Shown: positions 1 through 11,256, counted from the stretch's first letter. The stretch: 39,178 nt of DNA from Deltaproteobacteria bacterium (GCA_030668225.1 DAOUUI010000003.1:1-39178); one strand, 5' to 3'. Notes: generated by a model not told the origin, from the sequence alone. Translations and numbers: made by a program.

Positions 1-20
1 GTGGAGCGAGGAATGGGAAT

Positions 21-196
21 CGCCGCGAAGCGGCGTCCGGTACGCGAGCGGAACCGGCAGCGAGCGGGCGAAGGTCGCGAGCGTAGCGGAGGGGAATCCC
101 CCGCGAGCCAGGGCCCTCCCACTGGAAGCAGCCTCCCCCGGAGGAGTTCCGGTGGGGGTGCGCCCCTTCCGCTTCGGGGTTCCGCTTCCGGTTCCG
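21..196. repeat. Cluster of GC-rich hairpins (REP/MITE-like or structured RNA) upstream of pgeF
   Basis: CGCCGC-GAA-GCGGCG (21-35); GC-GTA-GC (81-87); GCGG-A-GGG-GAAT-CCC-CCGC (86-104); long stem CCCACTGGAA(118-127)/TTCCGGTGGG(147-156); repeated TTCCG units at 167-196. Confidence 0.45.
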
Positions 197-240
197 GTGG
201 CGTTTACGCACGGAAAATCCGTTCGCGGGGTGGGACAACC

Positions 241-1017
241 GTGATCCTTCCCCATTTCGTCCAGTCCTCCCTGCTCCGTTCCGTGCCCGGGATCTACCAC
301 GCTTTTCTTGGCGTCGACCCCAAGCCGGGGAGGAAAGACGCAGAGAGGCTTCAGGCAGGTTTCTCCGTCCCACCGTCCCGGATCGGCACGCTTAAGCAGG
401 AACACTCCCCGACTGTCCTGGAGTGGGAAGAAGCGGATGCGGTTCCGGGGGACCTGGAGAAGCGGAAGGGGGATGCCTTGTGGACCATGATTTCCGGAAC
501 GGGGGTCGGAATCCGCACCGCAGACTGCGTCCCGGTGCTGATCGCCGTTCCGGGGGTGCCGGCCTGCGCCGCCGTCCACGCCGGCTGGCGGGGGCTTGTC
601 TCCGGGATCGTCGGGGAGACCGTTCGCTGTCTGGACGGGCGTTTCGGCCACGCCGCGGTCCGGGGACTCGTTGCAGCGGCAGGCCCGTCGGCCCGCGGCT
701 GCTGCTACGAGATCGGGGAGGAGGTGGCCGATCAACTTCGGCCGCTTCCCGGGGGAGAGCGTTTTCTCGCCCGGGGAAGGTCCGCGGGGAAATGGACGGC
801 GGACCTTACGTCTCTCGCCCTGGAGGGACTCGCCGCGGAAGGGGTGCCAAGGGAGAACCTCGAGGCAGCGGGCCCATGCACGGTCTGCTCCCCCTTGTTT
901 CACTCCTACCGCCGTGAAAAAACCTCAACCGGCAGACAGCTGAGTTTTATCTATATCGTTGGCTTACCCCCGCAGGCGATTTTCCTTGACATCCGGAAAC
1001 CGCAAGACGGAAAATGA
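241..1017 (+). CDS. pgeF: Purine nucleoside phosphorylase/peptidoglycan editing factor, YfiH/PgeF (laccase-domain) family
   Basis: Motifs QEHS, GDALWT, TADCVPVL, AVHAGWRG, GPSARGCCYEIG, CTVC, FHSYRR, GRQLS. The likely start is GTG 241; the ORF-track extension 1-240 is low-complexity. Confidence 0.9.
   Translation: MILPHFVQSSLLRSVPGIYHAFLGVDPKPGRKDAERLQAGFSVPPSRIGTLKQEHSPTVLEWEEADAVPGDLEKRKGDALWTMISGTGVGIRTADCVPVLIAVPGVPACAAVHAGWRGLVSGIVGETVRCLDGRFGHAAVRGLVAAAGPSARGCCYEIGEEVADQLRPLPGGERFLARGRSAGKWTADLTSLALEGLAAEGVPRENLEAAGPCTVCSPLFHSYRREKTSTGRQLSFIYIVGLPPQAIFLDIRKPQDGK
986..1015 (+). promoter_or_regulatory. Putative sigma70 promoter for rho, inside the 3' end of pgeF
   Basis: TTGACA 986-991, 18-nt spacer, GAAAAT 1010-1015, followed by an AT-rich leader. 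Confidence 0.55.
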
Positions 1018-1119
1018 ATCTTACAGTTAGCCGGGGAACCTGCCGGAGTCTTTCTACCAATCATAAAGAACAAGGCGCATCAGGAAAACCAACCAATCCA
1101 CAAATTCGAGGGAACGTGC

Positions 1120-2367
1120 ATGAATCTGAAAGAACTGAAAGCAATGCGTATCGGGGATCTTACCGAGATCGCGAAAAATCTCCAGGTCGACGGTGCGGCA
1201 GGGCTCAAGAAACAGGAGCTTATCTTCGCCATCCTGCAGGCGCAGACCGATCAGGAAGTCATCGTCTCCGGCGAGGGCGTTCTCGAGGTTCTCCCTGACG
1301 GGTACGGATTTTTACGATCCCCGGACTCCAACTACCTGCCGGGGCCGGACGACATCTACGTTTCTCCCTCGCAGATCCGCCGTTTCGGGCTGCGGACCGG
1401 CGATACGGTAACGGGTCAGATCCGGGCGCCCAAGGGGGACGAGCGGTATTTCGCCCTCCTCAAGGTGGAGAAGGTCAACACCGAGGACCCGGAGATCTCC
1501 AAGGACAAGATCATCTTCGACAACCTGACGCCGCTCTATCCGCAGGAAAAGTTCACGATGGAGCATGTGCCCGACAACTTCTCGACGCGCATCATCGACC
1601 TCATCGCCCCCATCGGGAAAGGGCAGCGGGCGCTGATCACCTCTCCGCCCCGGGCCGGCAAGACGATCATCCTCCAGAACATCGCAAACGGCCTCACGAA
1701 GAATCACTCCGATGTCGTCCTCATCGTCCTTCTCATCGACGAGCGGCCCGAAGAGGTCACCGACATGCAGCGCAGCGTCAACGGTGAAGTCATCTCCTCC
1801 ACCTTCGACGAACCGGCGCAGCGGCACGTGCAGGTGGCCGAGATGGTTTTAGAAAAAGCCAAACGTCTCGTCGAGCACAAGAAGGACGTGGTGATCCTCT
1901 TGGACAGCGTCACCCGCCTTGCGCGGGCCTACAACGCGGTGGTACCGCCCTCGGGGAAGGTGCTTTCCGGCGGCGTGGACGCGAACGCGCTCCAGAAGCC
2001 GAAGCGGTTCTTCGGCGCCGCCCGGAACATCGAGGAGGGCGGCTCTCTGACCATCATTGCGACGGCGCTGATCGAGACGGGCAGCAGGATGGACGAGGTC
2101 ATCTTCGAAGAGTTCAAGGGAACGGGGAACATGGAGCTCGTCCTCGACCGGAAGGTCTCCGAAAAGAGGATCTTCCCGGCGATCGACATCAACAAGTCCG
2201 GGACGAGGAAGGAGGAGCTCCTGCTCGAGAAGGCCGTTCTTCAGCGGATCTGGGTCCTGCGGAAATTCCTCTCCCCGCTGTCGCCTGCAGAGAGCATGGA
2301 ATTTCTCCTCGACAAGATCTCCAAGACGCAGACAAACCAGGAATTTCTCGACTCGATGAATACGTGA
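1120..2367 (+). CDS. rho: Transcription termination factor Rho
   Basis: [26 protein letters not shown], Walker A variant [28 protein letters not shown]; 415 aa. Confidence 0.99.
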   Translation: MNLKELKAMRIGDLTEIAKNLQVDGAAGLKKQELIFAILQAQTDQEVIVSGEGVLEVLPDGYGFLRSPDSNYLPGPDDIYVSPSQIRRFGLRTGDTVTGQIRAPKGDERYFALLKVEKVNTEDPEISKDKIIFDNLTPLYPQEKFTMEHVPDNFSTRIIDLIAPIGKGQRALITSPPRAGKTIILQNIANGLTKNHSDVVLIVLLIDERPEEVTDMQRSVNGEVISSTFDEPAQRHVQVAEMVLEKAKRLVEHKKDVVILLDSVTRLARAYNAVVPPSGKVLSGGVDANALQKPKRFFGAARNIEEGGSLTIIATALIETGSRMDEVIFEEFKGTGNMELVLDRKVSEKRIFPAIDINKSGTRKEELLLEKAVLQRIWVLRKFLSPLSPAESMEFLLDKISKTQTNQEFLDSMNT

Positions 2368-2389
2368 TGAGGGAAGGAGCGACAACCCG

Positions 2390-2593
2390 ATGAAGCCGGA
2401 CATCCACCCGAAATTCAGGAAATCGACGGTCAAGTGTGCCTGCGGGAACACCTTCGAGACCCAGTCCACGATCGAGGAGATCAAGGTGGCTATCTGTTCC
2501 AACTGCCACCCGTTCTTCACCGGCAAGCAGAAGCTGGTCGACACCGCGGGTCGGATCGAGAAATTTCATAAGAAGTACGGCAAGACCCAGTAA
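2390..2593 (+). CDS. rpmE: 50S ribosomal protein L31 (Zn-binding, C+ type)
   Basis: MKPDIHP, CACG...[19 protein letters not shown]; SD GGAG upstream. Confidence 0.98.
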   Translation: MKPDIHPKFRKSTVKCACGNTFETQSTIEEIKVAICSNCHPFFTGKQKLVDTAGRIEKFHKKYGKTQ

Positions 2594-2618
2594 GGGTCGC
2601 TAAGACGTCCCTCCTTCC

Positions 2619-3365
2619 GTGAACGTAATCCTCCTGCAGTGCACCCCGGAGCCCGAAAGGCTCGTGGCGCTGGCCGCACGGCTGTGCTACTCTCCCGCGT
2701 CGATCGGGGACCTGCGAGAGGACATCTCCCGGAAAGACGTGCGAAACCTCGTCCGCCGAATCCTCTCGATGGGGCACGCCTCGGTACTGGAGCATGTGAC
2801 CCTCACCTACGGCGTAGAGGGGATCTCCCGTGCGACCTCGCACCAGTTGGTACGCCACCGCATCGCCTCCTACTCCCAGCAGAGCCAGCGGTACGTCGCT
2901 GTGACCTTCGGGTACGTGACGCCGAAATCCCTCGGGAGGAAGCAGGGCAAAAAGCGGGGGAAAAAGGGATCCGCCCCGGCGCGGGACGGCAATCCGCTGT
3001 ATGATAAGTTCGAGCGGCACATGCGGAATTGTTCGGATCTGTACGAGGAGATGCTTAAGGCCGGCATCCCGGCGGAGGACGCCCGGTTTGTGCTGCCCAA
3101 TGCCACCGAGACGAAGATTCTGATCAGCATGAACGCCCGGGAGCTCCATCACTTCTTTGCGTTGCGTCTGTGCCGGCGCGCGCAATGGGAGATCCGGGAG
3201 ATGGCCAGGAAAATGCTTGCGATCGCGTATGAGAAGGCCCCGCTCCTCTTCGGGAACGCCGGCCCGGGGTGCCTTCGCGGGCGCTGCCCGGAGGGGGAGA
3301 TGACCTGCGGAGACGCTGCCGGGGTAAAGAGGGAGTTCGCGGCGCAGCGTGGGGCCGCGCGATGA
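2619..3365 (+). CDS. thyX: Flavin-dependent thymidylate synthase
   Basis: [22 protein letters not shown] ThyX motif, [14 protein letters not shown]. Confidence 0.96.
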   Translation: MNVILLQCTPEPERLVALAARLCYSPASIGDLREDISRKDVRNLVRRILSMGHASVLEHVTLTYGVEGISRATSHQLVRHRIASYSQQSQRYVAVTFGYVTPKSLGRKQGKKRGKKGSAPARDGNPLYDKFERHMRNCSDLYEEMLKAGIPAEDARFVLPNATETKILISMNARELHHFFALRLCRRAQWEIREMARKMLAIAYEKAPLLFGNAGPGCLRGRCPEGEMTCGDAAGVKREFAAQRGAAR

Positions 3366-3465
3366 GTTCACCGGGACCCGGGAAGTTCGTCCTCGGCGGA
3401 CAGGCCGTCACCCGGGGCGGGTCCCGGCAAAGTGTGGAGCAAGGCTTAAAGGTAGGAGGGTTTCC

Positions 3466-4533
3466 ATGTGGGGTAAGCTTGAGGGGGTAAAGGGGCGCGT
3501 CGACGAGATCACGCGTCTCATGGGGGACCCCGCCGTGACGGGGAATTCGAGGGAGCTCCAGAAACTTGGGCGGGAACTGGCGGAGCTCAAACCCCTGGCC
3601 GAGGTCTACGAACGGTACCGGAAACTCCGGCAGGAAATGGAGGAAAACCGGGACCTCGTCCAGTCGGAGAAGGACCCGGATATGCGGGCGCTTGCCAAGG
3701 AGGAGATCGCGAGGCTTGCGTCGGAGGAAGAGCGGCTCGAGGGGGAGATTCGCCTCTTTCTCCTGCCGAAGGATCCGAACGACGATAAGAACATTCTCAT
3801 GGAGATCCGCGCAGGGGCGGGGGGCGGGGAAGCCTCCCTGTTCGCGACCGAGCTCTTCCGCTCCTATTCGATGTACGCCGCGGTGAAGGGGTGGAAGGTG
3901 GAGATTCTTTCCCAAAGCGAGACGGGCCTCGGGGGGACAAAGGAGGTCATCGCGATGATCGAGGGGAAGGGCGCCTACAGCCGTCTGAAGTTTGAAAGCG
4001 GTGTGCACCGGGTTCAGAGGGTGCCCGCCACGGAGGCGGGAGGAAGGATCCACACCTCCACGGTTACGGTGGCGGTCATCCCGGAGGCCGAGGAGGTCGA
4101 CGTACAGATCGGCCCCGAGGACATCCGCATCGACGTGTTCCGCTCTTCGGGCCCCGGCGGACAGAGCGTCAATACGACGGACTCGGCGGTTCGCATCACC
4201 CACATCCCGACGGGGCTGGTTGTCACGTGTCAGGACGAGAAGTCCCAGCTGAAGAACAAGTCCAAGGCGATGAAGATCCTCCGGTCGAGACTGTACGACA
4301 TCAAGATGGAGGAGCAGCGCTCCGAACGGGCGGACATACGGCGGGCGATGGTGGGAACAGGGGACCGGAGCGAGAGAATCCGCACGTACAACTTCCCGCA
4401 GAGCCGGGTGACCGACCACCGCATCGGACTCACCGTCCACCAGCTCTCCCAGGTCTTGAACGGGGGGATCGACGGTTTCGTGGACGCCCTGACCGCTCAC
4501 GCTCAGGTCGAAGCTCTGAAACACGCCGGCTGA
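3466..4533 (+). CDS. prfA: Peptide chain release factor 1
   Basis: PAT anticodon-like motif (RVPATE), [13 protein letters not shown]; ATG 3466 preceded by AGGAGG. Confidence 0.98.
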   Translation: MWGKLEGVKGRVDEITRLMGDPAVTGNSRELQKLGRELAELKPLAEVYERYRKLRQEMEENRDLVQSEKDPDMRALAKEEIARLASEEERLEGEIRLFLLPKDPNDDKNILMEIRAGAGGGEASLFATELFRSYSMYAAVKGWKVEILSQSETGLGGTKEVIAMIEGKGAYSRLKFESGVHRVQRVPATEAGGRIHTSTVTVAVIPEAEEVDVQIGPEDIRIDVFRSSGPGGQSVNTTDSAVRITHIPTGLVVTCQDEKSQLKNKSKAMKILRSRLYDIKMEEQRSERADIRRAMVGTGDRSERIRTYNFPQSRVTDHRIGLTVHQLSQVLNGGIDGFVDALTAHAQVEALKHAG

Positions 4534-4549
4534 CGCGGCTTAAAAATCG

Positions 4550-5425
4550 ATGCTTCTCTCGGAACTCCTTGCGCTCTGCCGCCGGGAGATGGAGGGGCGT
4601 GGTTTTCGCGGCTCTCACGAAGCGGAAATCCTCGTCTCCCACCTTGCCGGCATCCCCCGTTCCCGCCTCTCCCTGGACGCGGGGAGGGAGGTGGGCGACC
4701 TGGCGGTCGCGCTCCGTTCCCTCCTTCGCCGCAGGTTTTCCGGCGAGCCCGTCCAGTACATCCTCGGTGCATGGGAGTTCTACGGGAGGGAATTCCTCCT
4801 GACGCGCGACACGCTCATCCCGAGGCCCGAAACGGAAGGGTTGGTCGAGGGGGTGGTCGATGCGTGGCGGAAGGAGAAACGGGGGGCGGGAAGAATGCTC
4901 GACGTCGGAACGGGGTGCGGGGCAATCGCCGTAACGCTTGCGGCGGAGCTTCCCCGGGTAAGGGTGCTCGCGGTGGACGTGTCCGGGGGAGCGCTCACCG
5001 TCGCCCGGAGGAACGCCCACGCCCTGGCGGTCGCGCACCGGGTTCGGTTTCTCCGTGCGGACCGATATTCCGCCTTGAAAAGAGGGGACCGTTTTGATGT
5101 AGTGGTCTCGAACCCCCCGTACGTTTCCGAAATGGAATGGGATTCGCTTCCCTGGGAAGTCCGGGGATTCGAGCCGGCGGAGGCACTTGTGGCCGGACCG
5201 GACGGGATGGCGATGATCCGCCCCCTGGTGGCGGATGCCGGGGCATACCTGAAGCCGGGGGGAACACTCTGGCTCGAGATCGGGGAGTCTCAGGGGGATG
5301 CCGTGCGGAGGCTTCCCCGCGGACCCCTTGAGTTCGTCGGCATCGAGCAGGACCTGGCCGGACGCAGTCGCGTAGCCCGCTGGATTCTCCCGGCGGAGGG
5401 GAAGCGGAGCGGGAAGAAGGGCTGA
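4550..5425 (+). CDS. prmC: Release factor glutamine methyltransferase PrmC/HemK
   Basis: [29 protein letters not shown]; directly after prfA. Confidence 0.96.
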   Translation: MLLSELLALCRREMEGRGFRGSHEAEILVSHLAGIPRSRLSLDAGREVGDLAVALRSLLRRRFSGEPVQYILGAWEFYGREFLLTRDTLIPRPETEGLVEGVVDAWRKEKRGAGRMLDVGTGCGAIAVTLAAELPRVRVLAVDVSGGALTVARRNAHALAVAHRVRFLRADRYSALKRGDRFDVVVSNPPYVSEMEWDSLPWEVRGFEPAEALVAGPDGMAMIRPLVADAGAYLKPGGTLWLEIGESQGDAVRRLPRGPLEFVGIEQDLAGRSRVARWILPAEGKRSGKKG

Positions 5426-5439
5426 GTAGGGAGGGGCTT

Positions 5440-6711
5440 CTGAACACGTTTCACATCAGGGGAGGAAAGCCGCTTTCGGGCACCGTCCGGGTGTCGGGGG
5501 CGAAGAACGCCGTCCTTCCGATCATGGCGTCTTCCCTGCTCGCGGAGGGACCCGTGGAGATCGCAAACGTCCCCCGTCTGCGGGACATTGACACCTTCGG
5601 GACGCTGCTGGGGTTGATGGGGGCAAAAGTCAAGCGCGAGGAGACCGGGAACCCGGGGGATGTCGAACTCCACATCGATGCGCGGGGGGCAAGGAAAGCG
5701 GAAGCCCCCTACGATATGGTCAAAACGATGCGCGCTTCCGTGCTCGTGCTTGGGCCCCTGGTCGCCCGGTACGGGATGGCAAGGATTTCCCTCCCGGGGG
5801 GATGCGCCATCGGCGCACGCCCGATCGATCAGCACCTGAAGGGGCTTTCGCTTCTCGGGGCCGAGACGAAGCTCTCGGAGGGGTACATCGAGGCCAGGGC
5901 CGACAGGCTCACCGGGGCCACGATCCCCTTCGACATGAAAACGGTCACCGGAACCGAGAACCTGATGATGGCGGCCACGTTGGCCAAGGGAACCACAAGA
6001 TTAATAAATGCCGCCAGGGAGCCCGAGGTATGCGACCTCGCCCTGGCGCTCCGCGGCATGGGCGCCGACATCGAAGGGGAAGGGACCGACGAAATCGTCG
6101 TGCGGGGGGTGTCCTCCCTGTCCGGAGTCCGGCACGAGGTGATGGGCGACAGGATCGAGGCCGCGACGCTTTTGCTGGCGGGCGCGATCACCGGCGGCGA
6201 CGTGACGGCCGAAGGGGCCGACGCGGAAGCGATGGCCGCCGTCCTCGAAAAACTCGGGGAGAGCGGCGCCGACGTGTCCCTCCTGCCGGGGGGGGTGCGT
6301 GTCCGGAGGAACGGGCAGATCCGGCCGGTCAACCTCGCAACCTCCCCCTATCCCGGGTTCCCCACCGATGTGCAGGCGCAGTTCATGGCATACATGTGCC
6401 TGTGCGAAGGACAAAGCACCATCCAGGAGACGATATTCGAGAATCGCTTCATGCACGTGGCGGAACTCCGCCGGATGGGTGCCCGGATCGACATCTCCGG
6501 GAGCACCGCCACCGTCAAGGGAGTGCCCCGCCTCTCCGGCGCCCCGTGCATGGCGACCGACTTGAGGGCGTCGGCCTCCCTGGTGCTTGCGGGACTGGCC
6601 GCGAACGGGACCACAGAGATTCTCCGCATCTACCATCTGGACCGGGGGTACGAGATGCTGGAAAGAAAACTTTCCTCCCTGGGCGCGGACATTGCCCGGG
6701 TGCAGGAGTAG
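5440..6711 (+). CDS. murA: UDP-N-acetylglucosamine 1-carboxyvinyltransferase (probable CTG start)
   Basis: [22 protein letters not shown] (active-site Cys), PGFPTD, FENRF, HLDRGY. The conserved N-terminus extends in frame to CTG 5440, with GGAGG 5 nt upstream. Confidence 0.95.
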   Translation: MNTFHIRGGKPLSGTVRVSGAKNAVLPIMASSLLAEGPVEIANVPRLRDIDTFGTLLGLMGAKVKREETGNPGDVELHIDARGARKAEAPYDMVKTMRASVLVLGPLVARYGMARISLPGGCAIGARPIDQHLKGLSLLGAETKLSEGYIEARADRLTGATIPFDMKTVTGTENLMMAATLAKGTTRLINAAREPEVCDLALALRGMGADIEGEGTDEIVVRGVSSLSGVRHEVMGDRIEAATLLLAGAITGGDVTAEGADAEAMAAVLEKLGESGADVSLLPGGVRVRRNGQIRPVNLATSPYPGFPTDVQAQFMAYMCLCEGQSTIQETIFENRFMHVAELRRMGARIDISGSTATVKGVPRLSGAPCMATDLRASASLVLAGLAANGTTEILRIYHLDRGYEMLERKLSSLGADIARVQE

Positions 6712-6720
6712 GGAGGGCCG

Positions 6721-8013
6721 GTGCGCTGGGTGAAATCGGGAACCGCCGCGTTCCGGAAAGGCCTCGCTGACGGGGAGAGACGCGGCGAGACGGATTCGGC
6801 GAAGGTCCACGCCGTGGTGGCCGAAGTGCTGGCCCGGGTAAGGAAAGAGGGCGACGACGCGCTGGTCGAGTTCACCCGGCGGTTCGACAGGTTCGATCTG
6901 CGAAAGCGCGGAGCCGCGGTCCCCCGGCGGGAGGTCGATGCGGCGTGGAAACGCACGCCGAAGGCAATCCGCGGGTCCCTTGCGCTTGCGGCCTCCCGGA
7001 TCGAGTCGTTCCACCGCCATCAGGCCGAATCCGGTTTCACGGTGGAGATTCCGGGCGCCCTTCTCGGACAACGGGTGCGGCCGGTCTCGCGCGCCGGCGT
7101 CTACGTGCCCGGCGGGAAGGCGGCATACCCGTCAACCCTGCTCATGAACGCGATCCCGGCAAAGGTGGCCGGCGTGCGGGAAGTGTACGCCGCCTGTGCG
7201 GCGCCGGGAGGGGAACTGCCTGACGTGGTCCTGGCGGCAGCGAGGATCGCGGGGGTCAAGGGGGTTTTCCGCATCGGCGGTGCGCAGGCGATCGCCGCGT
7301 TTGCCTACGGGACCGGCTCCGTCCCCCGGGTGGACGTGATCGTCGGCCCGGGGAACGCCTACGTCACGGAGGCGAAACGGCAGGTGTACGGCTGGGTGGG
7401 GCTCGACATGCTGGCCGGTCCGAGCGAACTGGTGGTTCTGGCCGACGATACGGCGAGAGCGCGCTTCGTCGCGGCGGATCTTCTCTCCCAGGCCGAGCAC
7501 GACGAGGACACCTTTGTTGCGCTGGTGACCGACTCCCCGCGGCTGGCGAAGAAAGTGGATGCCGAACTGGCGAGGCAGAAAAGGAAGCTCCCCCGGAAGG
7601 AGATCCTGGCCGAATCGCTCTCCCGGTCCATCGGTTTCCTCGTCAAAGGACTTGACGAGGGGATCGACGTGGTCAACCGCCTTGCGCCGGAACATCTGGC
7701 CCTCATGCTCGAGGACCCGTGGGGAGCCTTCGAGCGGATCCGGAACGCCGGGACGGCGTTCGTGGGACACCACAGCCCGGTCGCGGTGGGAGACTACCTT
7801 GCCGGGATCAACCATACGTTGCCGACGGGTGGGGCTGCCCGGTTCTCGTCTCCCCTGGGAGTCGCCACCTTCCTCAAGAGGACGAACGTGGTATCATATC
7901 AATTCCGGGCACTTGCGAGCGATGCGCCTCACGTGATGCGGCTTGCCAAGAAGGAGGGGCTGTTCGCCCATGCCCAGGCCGTCCGGGTACGGACCAAAAA
8001 GGAGGCACCTTAG
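6721..8013 (+). CDS. hisD: Histidinol dehydrogenase
   Basis: GVYVPGGKAAYPS, GGAQAIAA, GPGNAYV, DMLAGPSE, SQAEH, APEHL, NHTLPT. Confidence 0.97.
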   Translation: MRWVKSGTAAFRKGLADGERRGETDSAKVHAVVAEVLARVRKEGDDALVEFTRRFDRFDLRKRGAAVPRREVDAAWKRTPKAIRGSLALAASRIESFHRHQAESGFTVEIPGALLGQRVRPVSRAGVYVPGGKAAYPSTLLMNAIPAKVAGVREVYAACAAPGGELPDVVLAAARIAGVKGVFRIGGAQAIAAFAYGTGSVPRVDVIVGPGNAYVTEAKRQVYGWVGLDMLAGPSELVVLADDTARARFVAADLLSQAEHDEDTFVALVTDSPRLAKKVDAELARQKRKLPRKEILAESLSRSIGFLVKGLDEGIDVVNRLAPEHLALMLEDPWGAFERIRNAGTAFVGHHSPVAVGDYLAGINHTLPTGGAARFSSPLGVATFLKRTNVVSYQFRALASDAPHVMRLAKKEGLFAHAQAVRVRTKKEAP

Positions 8014-8017
8014 GGAC

Positions 8018-8608
8018 ATGCCGAGGGAAGCGCAGGTCGTTCGCAAGACGAAGGAAACCGACATCCGGTTGACGCTCCGCCTGGAAGGGGAGGGGGAGGG
8101 GGAGATTTCCACCTCCGTGGGGTTCTTCGACCACATGCTCACCCTGTTTTCCCGTCACGGGTTCTTCGACCTGACCGTCACGGCGAAGGGGGACACGGAC
8201 GTCGATTTCCACCACGTCGTGGAGGATGTGGGGATATGCCTCGGGGAGGCGTTCCGGAAGAGCCTCGGGGCCCTGGCGGGGATCACGCGCTACGCACACG
8301 CAAGCATCCCGATGATCGAGGCGCTGGCCCACGTCACGGTTGACATCTCCGCGCGCCCACACCTGGTTTTCCGCTGTCCCCTGAAGCACGAGAAGATCGG
8401 GACGTTCGATCTCGAGCTTGTCGAGGAATTCCTCCGCGCGTTTTCCCAGTCCTCCGGAGTGTGCATCCACGTCAACGTTCCGTACGGATCCAACGCCCAC
8501 CACACCGTGGAGGCGATCTTCAAGGGACTCGGGAGAGCCATGGCGGAAGCGGTGCGCATCGACCCGCGCGTGAAGGGGGTCCACTCGTCGAAGGGCGTGC
8601 TGGGATGA
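8018..8608 (+). CDS. hisB: Imidazoleglycerol-phosphate dehydratase (monofunctional)
   Basis: RKTKETDI, FFDHML, DFHHVVED, NAHHTVEA, SSKG; ATG 8018. Confidence 0.97.
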   Translation: MPREAQVVRKTKETDIRLTLRLEGEGEGEISTSVGFFDHMLTLFSRHGFFDLTVTAKGDTDVDFHHVVEDVGICLGEAFRKSLGALAGITRYAHASIPMIEALAHVTVDISARPHLVFRCPLKHEKIGTFDLELVEEFLRAFSQSSGVCIHVNVPYGSNAHHTVEAIFKGLGRAMAEAVRIDPRVKGVHSSKGVLG

Positions 8609-9309
8609 CGGAAGGGGATTCCATCGGGGTCGTCGACTACGGCATGGGGAACCTGCGAAGCGTGAGCAAGGCGCTCGAGTCGCTCGGGTTTCCGGTCATC
8701 GTGAGCGGGAGCCCTGCGAAGCTTTCCCGCTGCGCCGGCATTGTTCTCCCGGGGGTGGGCGCTTTCCGCGACTGCATGAAGAACCTGGACAGGCAGGGAT
8801 TCCTCCCGTTCCTCGCCGACGTTCTAGGCGAAGGACGGCCGTTCCTGGGAATCTGCCTCGGGCTGCAGGTGCTCTTCTCCGAGAGCGAGGAGTTCGGTCG
8901 TCATGAGGGGATCGGGTTCTTCCCCGGAAAGGTGGTGAGATTCCCGTCCGGCCTGCGGGAGACGGGTCCGGGGGGAAGGGAGGTGGTACTCAAGGTGCCG
9001 CACATGGGGTGGAACAGGGTCGACGTCATCATGGATCACCCCGTTTTTCAAGGGATCCCTGCAGGCTCGTACTTCTACTTCGTCCACTCCTATTACGTGG
9101 AGCCGGAGGATCCGTCCTCTGTTGCATGCAGGACGTCGTACGGCCTTTCGTTCGCCGCCGCCGTGGGGAAAGAGAACCAGATGGCGGTCCAGTTCCATCC
9201 GGAGAAGAGCCAGGGGGCGGGGCTCGCCGTCCTTGCCAACTTCGGCAGGCTCTGCTTCGGGGCGGGGGACCCGACCCGTGCCACGGGCGGCGGAGAGAGA
9301 GGGATGTGA
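8605..9309 (+). CDS. hisH: Imidazole glycerol phosphate synthase, glutaminase subunit
   Basis: DYGMGNL, LPGVGAF, GICLG (catalytic Cys), PHMGWN, YFVHSY, QFHPEKS; ATGA overlap with hisB. Confidence 0.97.
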   Translation: MTEGDSIGVVDYGMGNLRSVSKALESLGFPVIVSGSPAKLSRCAGIVLPGVGAFRDCMKNLDRQGFLPFLADVLGEGRPFLGICLGLQVLFSESEEFGRHEGIGFFPGKVVRFPSGLRETGPGGREVVLKVPHMGWNRVDVIMDHPVFQGIPAGSYFYFVHSYYVEPEDPSSVACRTSYGLSFAAAVGKENQMAVQFHPEKSQGAGLAVLANFGRLCFGAGDPTRATGGGERGM

Positions 9310-10040
9310 TGGCATTCCAGGTAATTCCCGCGGTCGACATCCAGGGGGGGAAGGCGGTCCGGCTCCGCCAGGGACGGCAGGACGACTCCACGGTGTTCGA
9401 CGACTCCCCGGTGGAGGTGGCGCGACGGTTTGCGGCAGAGGGGGCGACGAGGATACACGTGGTTGATCTGGACGGCGCGTTCAGCGGAAAGGCGGTGAAC
9501 GAAGAGATCATCCGTCGCATCGTGAATGCGGTGGAGTGTCCGGTCCAGATGGGAGGGGGAGTGCGCAACTATGAAATCGCCGCCCGTTATCTCGGGGCGG
9601 GCGTCTCCCGGATCATCCTCGGGACATCGATCGTCCGGAACCCCGAGGAAGTGTTGCGGATCACGAAGGCGTATCCCGGAAAGGTGGCCGCCGGAATCGA
9701 CGCCAAGGACGGGTTCGTCGCCATACGCGGATGGGTGGAGGTCACGGGGGTCACTGCCGTCGATCTCGCACGGCAGATGGAGGAGAACGGGATCTCCTGT
9801 TTCATCTATACGGACATCTCCCGGGACGGCATGATGGAAGGGCCCAACTTCCAGAGTATCCGCGAATTCGCAAGAGGTCTTTCGACGCCGGTCATCGCTT
9901 CCGGCGGCGTCAGCACGATGGAGGATCTTGCGACGCTCGGGGAGATGGAAAGCGACGGGGTGTGCGGCGCGGTGATCGGGCGTGCGATCTACGACGGCTC
10001 CCTCTCGCTTGCCGATGCGCTGACGCAGGAAAGGCAGTAA
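9309..10040 (+). CDS. hisA: ProFAR isomerase
   Basis: [39 protein letters not shown]; start overlaps the hisH stop. Confidence 0.97.
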   Translation: MAFQVIPAVDIQGGKAVRLRQGRQDDSTVFDDSPVEVARRFAAEGATRIHVVDLDGAFSGKAVNEEIIRRIVNAVECPVQMGGGVRNYEIAARYLGAGVSRIILGTSIVRNPEEVLRITKAYPGKVAAGIDAKDGFVAIRGWVEVTGVTAVDLARQMEENGISCFIYTDISRDGMMEGPNFQSIREFARGLSTPVIASGGVSTMEDLATLGEMESDGVCGAVIGRAIYDGSLSLADALTQERQ

Positions 10041-10049
10041 ACGCGCCGG

Positions 10050-10909
<860 letters not shown>

Positions 10910-10913
<4 letters not shown>

Positions 10914-11254
10914 CGGCGGACGAGTTCGTCGCCATGGTGAAGTTCGACGAAAGGGGTCTCGTGCCCGTGGTCACGCAGGACGTTTCCGACAACGCGGTGT
11001 TGATGGTGGCCTGGGCCAACGCGGACGCGATTCGGAACACGTTCGCCACGGCAAGGGCCTCCTACTGGAGCCGTTCCCGGAAATCCCAGTGGGTCAAGGG
11101 GGAGACGTCGGGAAACTTCCAGGAAGTGGAAGAGGTGCTCTACGATTGCGACGTGGACACTGTCCTGTTCCGGGTGCGCCAGAGCGGGCCGGCCTGCCAC
11201 ACGGGAGAACGAACCTGTTTTTATCGTAGCGCCTACCGGCGCGGAGGGGGATAA
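10910..11254 (+). CDS. hisI: Phosphoribosyl-AMP cyclohydrolase (monofunctional, no HisE domain)
   Basis: WSRSR, KGETSG, DCDVD, ACHTG..TCF; 114 aa. Confidence 0.95.
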
Positions 11255-11256
11255 CG

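Noticed and set aside
1-240. 80-aa N-terminal extension of PgeF in the ORF track
   Set aside because: Low-complexity R/G/S translation of hairpin DNA; family similarity starts at GTG 241
1014-1298. 94-aa ORF overlapping the pgeF stop and rho start
   Set aside because: Its ATG lies in the putative -10 box, it has no recognisable motif and it overlaps rho out of frame; kept only as a regulatory possibility
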